From: Chlamydiales bacterium
Lineage (GTDB): Bacteria > Chlamydiota > Chlamydiia > Chlamydiales > JBDQID01
Reading direction: 5' to 3'
DNA: 11,139 nt
NCBI GenBank assembly: GCA_047611865.1
Contig: JBLFWS010000111.1
Location: forward strand, 1 to 11,139
Part shown: one piece after another, positions 6,030 through 11,139 of the stretch
How the letters are laid out: each line of letters begins with the position of its first letter
Position numbering within the stretch: position 1 is the stretch's first letter
Notes under the pieces: model-generated
Seen by the model: only the letters and a program-made list of their open reading frames with translations
The model's database searches: none
What the model was told of the DNA's origin: nothing
Translations under genes and position numbers: made by a program

Positions 6030-8069
6030 ATGCATAAAACCGTTAGTACATCTTCTAAATGGACTGAGATAGAAGAAAACTTCAAAGAAAAAAGCAATTT
6101 CAACCCATCTACCCCAAAAGATCTTCTACCTCTCATAGAACTTAAAAACGGCGAAGAAATAGGTAAACTCTCATCCTTAAGCTTTATCCTTTGGCTAGCT
6201 AAAAACCCCAAAGGAGTCGCTGTACTTCCCATAGGCAAAAACTCCCTATCGTTTCTCTCCAGCCTGACACACTATGTCGTCCATTGGACTTCTCCAGATG
6301 TTCAAGAAGAATTAAATAGCCTTGGGATCTTTATGGAAATGTTTCCTGATACAAATAACGTCAAGTTGGTCCAGCCCTTTATTTTCAATCCTCCCCTTCA
6401 TCAATATCAAACCAGTCTTTACAAAAAACTCCTCCATATTGCGGACAAACATATTCTTTCTTTAAACCTCGAAGGGGTCAAACCCAGCAAGGTAGAAAAT
6501 GAATTTAGCACTCTCTGCCAACATACCCTTCGGCAATGGGGTGGCATTGGTTTCTACCTTTCAGAAATAGGTCAAGATGCTAATATTGGCTTCAATGCTC
6601 CTGGGTCTAAATTTAAGGATATCACACAACAATATCAGCCACCATATTCCACCCTCGCACAGATAGCTTCTGACTTTGGTGGCATTGACCATGTCAAAGG
6701 GAAGACTTTACTAACAATAGCCCTCGGTGGATTCCGTTCCGATGCTACGATCATCATTACAGGTACAGGCGAAGACAAAGCCCTATCTATTAAAGACGCC
6801 ATCGAAAAAACCGACAACTCTCACTTACCTATTAGCGCCGTTCGAAAATTAGCAAATATACGCTTTTACGTCACTGAGGGAGCGGCCTCCAAACTTTCTT
6901 CCAAACGCGGTGAAATAATCCGCACAGAAACCCCCCTTAGTCATAGGACAATCGACGATACGCTCATTGATCTTGCCCTTGAAAAGAAAAAACGACTTTC
7001 AGACCTTTCTTCCAATGACCTCGAAAGTGATGAGATGGGCAGATCTCTCCTATCCCGCCTATCCGACAATCTCGAATCTACGATTTCACAATGCAGACAA
7101 AGACTCATCGACAAAATGGGATTAGGACTTTCTCTACCCAAGAAGAAAACAATTCTGCATACAGCGCCCCACCATGACGACATTATGCTCTCCTATTATA
7201 GTAGTATCGACCCTCTGCTTTCTGAGAACAAAAACCATTTCACATACCTCACCAGTGGTAGTAACTCCGTTACTGACAAATTTGTAAAATCTCGTCTGAC
7301 TCCCAAAAACAGAAAAACCTCTCCCTTGTCTTACTCTGAACTTATCAATAGATTCTCCAAAGCCTACGAGGGCAATAGCCAAGAAGAGATGAATCTTCTT
7401 GAAAAAAAAATAATCCAGCAAAAAAAGATGGAGTTGGACTCTGAGGAAGACCTTAAGCCTCTAAAATCTTTTATCAGAGAGTCTGAAGTAGATCGCCTTT
7501 GGAGTTTGAAACAGGTCCCCCAAGAATGTATCACCCATTTTCGAGGTAAGTTTTACTCGGACATCAAGTTTATTAACGAAGATGCTCGCGAATTTAAGAA
7601 ACACATTGACGCCATCAACCCTGATATTATCACGCTTGCTCTAGACCCTGAGGGCACAGGCCCCACAACGCATCATCTCGTGCAGCGTATTATCACTGAT
7701 AGCCTTCGACGCTTTCTTGGAAATCCTCCCATAGAAATCTGGGGCTACCGCAATGTATGGTTCCAATTTTCCTGTTCCGAATGCAACCTTATCATTCCCG
7801 TCTCTAAAGACGCCCTCCAGGAACAGAACCGTGCTTTCCTCTCTTGCTTTCCCAGTCAGTCGAAGGCTGCCTTCCCCTCCCCTCGCCACGACGGCCCTTT
7901 TTCAGAGCTCTCGGAAAAGATTCTTAGGGAGCAGTATGAGCAGATTGTAAGTCTTCTCGGAGAAGATTTCCTCACCGATCACCCCGACGAACGCATCCGC
8001 TCCGCCCGTGGATTTGTTTTCATTCAGACCCTCTCGGTCAAGGAAATCATCCAAAAGGTCACCCACTAA
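6030..8069 (+). CDS. fusion of a degenerate glucosamine-6-phosphate deaminase (NagB)-like domain and a PIG-L/LmbE-family deacetylase
   Basis: N-domain LPIGKNS, GGIGFYLSEIGQDANIGFNAPGS, TGEDKA and FYVTEGAASKL follow the NagB motif order. C-domain has HTAPHHDD, IRESE, PDIITLALDPEGTGPTTH and WGYRNVW. Starts 1 nt after the symporter stop. Confidence 0.88.
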   Translation: MHKTVSTSSKWTEIEENFKEKSNFNPSTPKDLLPLIELKNGEEIGKLSSLSFILWLAKNPKGVAVLPIGKNSLSFLSSLTHYVVHWTSPDVQEELNSLGIFMEMFPDTNNVKLVQPFIFNPPLHQYQTSLYKKLLHIADKHILSLNLEGVKPSKVENEFSTLCQHTLRQWGGIGFYLSEIGQDANIGFNAPGSKFKDITQQYQPPYSTLAQIASDFGGIDHVKGKTLLTIALGGFRSDATIIITGTGEDKALSIKDAIEKTDNSHLPISAVRKLANIRFYVTEGAASKLSSKRGEIIRTETPLSHRTIDDTLIDLALEKKKRLSDLSSNDLESDEMGRSLLSRLSDNLESTISQCRQRLIDKMGLGLSLPKKKTILHTAPHHDDIMLSYYSSIDPLLSENKNHFTYLTSGSNSVTDKFVKSRLTPKNRKTSPLSYSELINRFSKAYEGNSQEEMNLLEKKIIQQKKMELDSEEDLKPLKSFIRESEVDRLWSLKQVPQECITHFRGKFYSDIKFINEDAREFKKHIDAINPDIITLALDPEGTGPTTHHLVQRIITDSLRRFLGNPPIEIWGYRNVWFQFSCSECNLIIPVSKDALQEQNRAFLSCFPSQSKAAFPSPRHDGPFSELSEKILREQYEQIVSLLGEDFLTDHPDERIRSARGFVFIQTLSVKEIIQKVTH

Positions 8070-8082
8070 CTTAAGGCTTTCT

Positions 8083-10809
8083 ATGACAGAGCAAATCCCA
8101 CTCCTTTCCCGCCTGCATCACTTCCCGTATATCTTTTGTATTGACGGAGGTGGATCCAAAACCGTCATGCAAGTCATCAATGGAGAAGGGAAACTACTTC
8201 CTTTGAAGCAGAATGGACAAGTCGTAGAAGCTGTTCGCTCTGGTGCCGCTAATATCTCTACCCTCTCTAAAGATATAGTCAGTAAAAGTCTGAAAGATCT
8301 TTTCCATCACGTCACTGTTGATGGAACGGAGATTTCCACTATATTTTCCAACTGCGCCGTAATCGGTGGCTTTGCTGGTGGGGAGCACCCTGAAAAAAGA
8401 GAAAGCCTTCTCTCTATCTTCGAAGATATAGGTATTCCGAGAGAAAATGCCTTCATCCGTAACGATGCTGAGCTGGCTTTGGAACTCGTGGGCAATGCTG
8501 GAGCTATCCTCGTCAGTGGAACAGGTTCTATTTGTTATGGGAGAAATGGAAACGAAACGAAACGTGTGGGAGGCCTCGGGAGATATCTAGGTGACGAAGG
8601 CAGTGGCCATTTCCTCGGTATGCAAGCCGTTAAAGCTGCGCTAGAAGAAGAATTTGTCTGGGGAGAACATACAACATTAACCCTTGCGCTACAGCAGCAC
8701 TTTCAAATGGAATCTCTAGGACCTTTGGCCTCTACCATCAATAGTGGTAAAATGGCAGCCTTTGACGTAGCCGTTCTTGCAGCTCATGTTTTTCACCATG
8801 CTCAACGCGGGGATCTCGTGGCAAGGAGGATCGCCTCTGAAGGAGCTCACCATCTGAGTAAGCTCCTAGCATCACTGCTCACCCAACTGAAGATATCACA
8901 ATGCAACGTCTACCTCGTCGGTGGAATTTTTAAAATTCCCTATTCTGAACAATTCATTGAAACCATTCGCCAGTCACCGGAGGTTTCGAGCCTGGATGAC
9001 CCCCTCTTGATCAATGTCAGCGACACATATATCGCCACACAAAGTACTATGGAAATCCTACGCCGCAATCAGAACCCTCGTTTCTGTGGACTCAGTTCCC
9101 TTCCGCATTCTCCCTCTACCCTCTCTGAGGATTCCCTAAAAAAAGTCCACTGCGGCCAACTCTCGACAGAACAATCCCACTCCCAGACTTCACAACTACA
9201 CAAAGTCTTTCAAAAGTCCAGCATAGAAGGCTTTGCTCTCCTCCACGATATTGACAAACAAGTGACAGCAAAACTCGCCTCCTTTCTGGAAGAACATTTT
9301 GTGGGCCTGTCTAAAAAAGTTCAGAAAACGATCCGCAAAGGCGGACGCATCTTCCTCGTTGGAGCGGGATCCAGCGGCAGAGTCGCCGTCTCCCTCGCTC
9401 GTAAATGGAGAGAGCACTGGAAAAATGATAAGTACTCCAATGCTGTGATACCTATTATCTCAGGTGGTGGCCGCGCCTTTGTACGCCCCAGAGAAGGTGA
9501 TGAAGACTCCATTGAAAAAGGGAAAGAAGCTCTTGCAAACTTTAAGCCGTGCTCGGATGACTTGAGTATTCTAATCTCGGCAAGTGGTTCTGCAAAATTT
9601 CACTTGGGAGTAGCATTGGTCGCCCATGCACATGGATGCGAAACGTGGATCTTTCAAAATACTCCCGAGTTACCTGAACACACCCAAGCTATAGTCCAGG
9701 AATATCAGGTACTCCCTCTAGTTCTCGACTTAGGCCCTCAGGCTATCACTGGTTCCACCAGACTACAAGCTGCCAACAGTGCACAGCTCTTTCTAGGCCT
9801 TCTTCTCGACGCCACCATTAGCGATTATGAAGACCCCCTTAAACGGGCATTAGATGTCCTCCGAAACTACGAAAAATCTATTGATTCTCTTCCTCAGCAT
9901 TTCGACGATTTAAAAAGAATTCTGGATACCACCGTAGAAATCTTTTCTTCCAAATCAGCCAACTTCTTTAGACAATCTGATGAAACAGAAGAGGGTTACG
10001 TCACCTACATCAGTGGTGATGACACCCTTACAGAAATCCTCATTGACACTGCTGAGACCGCTCCAACATTTTCCCTCAATCCTCCAAGAACTATCGAAGA
10101 AAAGGAAAAAAAGAAAGCCGAGTACAGAACGTATCTTTTAGGAGAAAGCAGCAACAAGGAAACATGGGCAAATCTTATCGGACCTTACCTGCCTATAAAT
10201 ACACAAAAAGACTCTAACGACCTCTTACTTTCCCAAAATGCAATCGGATTTGGCTCATACCTTGATCGTCCTAAAGGAACAGGTAATTTTGCAATTGGAG
10301 TCTTTACAGGAAAACCTAAGAAAGTTCTGGAAACAGAAATCGAAGCCATTAAAACTATTAGAGGCCGCACTGCCATTATCTCCATAAATAAAACCCAAAA
10401 CCTGGATATCATCCATGATATCATCCATCTAGACATCCAAGACATCTACGAGGACCCTTTAAAACTCATCCCTTCCCTTGTCCTCAAGCAAACCCTCAAC
10501 TACCTTTCTAACGGAGCTATGATACTAATGGGTAAAGTCCACGGAAACATCATGGTTGACCTCTCTCCGTCAAATGACAAACTTATCGATCGTGCTGTAC
10601 GCATTGTTAAAGAAATTTACTCAGAAAATCACCCTGGCGAAGCTCTTTTGGATGATGAACTGGTTTTCCAGGCAATATCGAGAGCCTTCCATTATAAGAA
10701 AGAGCACGAGAAATATCATAACACCTCTTATCCATCTCCAGTAAAAACAGTTTTAGCTATGTTAGAAAACCGTTGCGGGGTACAAGAAGCTTTTCGAAAG
10801 TGTGTTTAA
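8083..10809 (+). CDS. fusion of a BadF/BadG/BcrA/BcrD-type GlcNAc/MurNAc kinase and a tandem-SIS MurQ/GKRP-like domain (908 aa)
   Basis: Kinase motifs IDGGGSKT, NDA, SGTGS, GGLGRYLGDEGSG and VGGIF. SIS motifs STEQSH, GAGSSGR, EGDED, ISASG, GPQAITGSTRLQA, DTAETAPTF and GKVHGNIMVDLSPSNDKL. ATG at 8083 with AAGG upstream is preferred to GTG at 8008. Confidence 0.9.
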   Translation: MTEQIPLLSRLHHFPYIFCIDGGGSKTVMQVINGEGKLLPLKQNGQVVEAVRSGAANISTLSKDIVSKSLKDLFHHVTVDGTEISTIFSNCAVIGGFAGGEHPEKRESLLSIFEDIGIPRENAFIRNDAELALELVGNAGAILVSGTGSICYGRNGNETKRVGGLGRYLGDEGSGHFLGMQAVKAALEEEFVWGEHTTLTLALQQHFQMESLGPLASTINSGKMAAFDVAVLAAHVFHHAQRGDLVARRIASEGAHHLSKLLASLLTQLKISQCNVYLVGGIFKIPYSEQFIETIRQSPEVSSLDDPLLINVSDTYIATQSTMEILRRNQNPRFCGLSSLPHSPSTLSEDSLKKVHCGQLSTEQSHSQTSQLHKVFQKSSIEGFALLHDIDKQVTAKLASFLEEHFVGLSKKVQKTIRKGGRIFLVGAGSSGRVAVSLARKWREHWKNDKYSNAVIPIISGGGRAFVRPREGDEDSIEKGKEALANFKPCSDDLSILISASGSAKFHLGVALVAHAHGCETWIFQNTPELPEHTQAIVQEYQVLPLVLDLGPQAITGSTRLQAANSAQLFLGLLLDATISDYEDPLKRALDVLRNYEKSIDSLPQHFDDLKRILDTTVEIFSSKSANFFRQSDETEEGYVTYISGDDTLTEILIDTAETAPTFSLNPPRTIEEKEKKKAEYRTYLLGESSNKETWANLIGPYLPINTQKDSNDLLLSQNAIGFGSYLDRPKGTGNFAIGVFTGKPKKVLETEIEAIKTIRGRTAIISINKTQNLDIIHDIIHLDIQDIYEDPLKLIPSLVLKQTLNYLSNGAMILMGKVHGNIMVDLSPSNDKLIDRAVRIVKEIYSENHPGEALLDDELVFQAISRAFHYKKEHEKYHNTSYPSPVKTVLAMLENRCGVQEAFRKCV

Positions 10810-10824
10810 ATAGCGTTGTTGCAT
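10810..10824 (+). repeat. 15-bp direct repeat ATAGCGTTGTTGCAT (partner 1141-1155); IS903-like end
   Basis: Exact match to 1141-1155; begins directly after the stop codon of the kinase-SIS gene. Confidence 0.8.
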
Positions 10825-10855
10825 AATTTAATACGTTTACAATCATTTATTTAAC

Positions 10856-10882
10856 CACCGAGAGCACCGAGAACACAGAGAG
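10856..10882 (+). repeat. three tandem 9-mers CACCGAGAG/CACCGAGAA/CACAGAGAG
   Basis: Read directly from the sequence. An inverted related copy (16/18) lies at 1283-1300. Confidence 0.7.
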
Positions 10883-11072
10883 ATAGAAAAATGGGCATGG
10901 TTCAATTCAAGGTAACACTTTTTCCTAAGCCTATAGGCTGTCTGAGCAAAATCTCGGATGACTTAAGAGAAGCGAAGGAATTTGTGATTATGTAACTGAG
11001 TCATGCCCGACCTTCTAAAAATGCAGGGTATCAAAATTGATAAACGTTTTGTTCTTTGCTTATATTGGAGAG

Positions 11073-11103
11073 GTGCCACTACCGTGGCACAGAATCTTTT
11101 TTT
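11073..11103 (+). terminator. hairpin with displaced T-tract; possible terminator
   Basis: Perfect 7-bp stem GTGCCAC-TACC-GTGGCAC. The T7 run starts 6 nt downstream, which is non-canonical spacing. Confidence 0.4.
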
Positions 11104-11108
11104 CCTAT

Positions 11109-11128
11109 CCCCGAGCTAAAGTACGGGG
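11109..11128. repeat. REP-like palindrome
   Basis: CCCCG-AGCTAAAGTA-CGGGG; single copy in the window. Confidence 0.35.
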
Positions 11129-11139
11129 CTATCAAGAGG

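Noticed and set aside
2410..10744. Short antisense or alternate-frame ORFs inside the large genes (e.g. 2410..2592, 3769..4020, 4888..5157, 7134..7421, 10185..10445)
   Set aside because: Shadow ORFs fully overlapping well-supported CDSs.
10856..10882. CRISPR-like array
   Set aside because: Only three adjacent 9-mers, with no spacers and no cas genes.

Overview
Bacterial window in two parts. The right part (2937-10809) is a compact amino-sugar/peptidoglycan salvage cluster. A GH3 beta-N-acetylhexosaminidase (nagZ, minus strand) is divergent from a three-gene operon: a sodium:solute symporter; a NagB-fold domain that appears to have lost its catalytic residues, fused to a PIG-L/LmbE deacetylase; and a BadF/MurK-type amino-sugar kinase fused to a tandem-SIS MurQ/GKRP-like domain. 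The left part (1-2936) is AT-rich and accessory. It holds a degenerate-RING plus ankyrin effector-like gene lying between two 106-bp direct repeats of the nagZ 3' end, whose six differences are all synonymous. It also holds a 178-bp MITE-like element with a 9-bp target duplication, a small orphan gene with its own promoter and terminator, and a possibly interrupted ORF running off the left edge. The gene content suggests a host-associated bacterium, possibly an environmental chlamydia (inference only).
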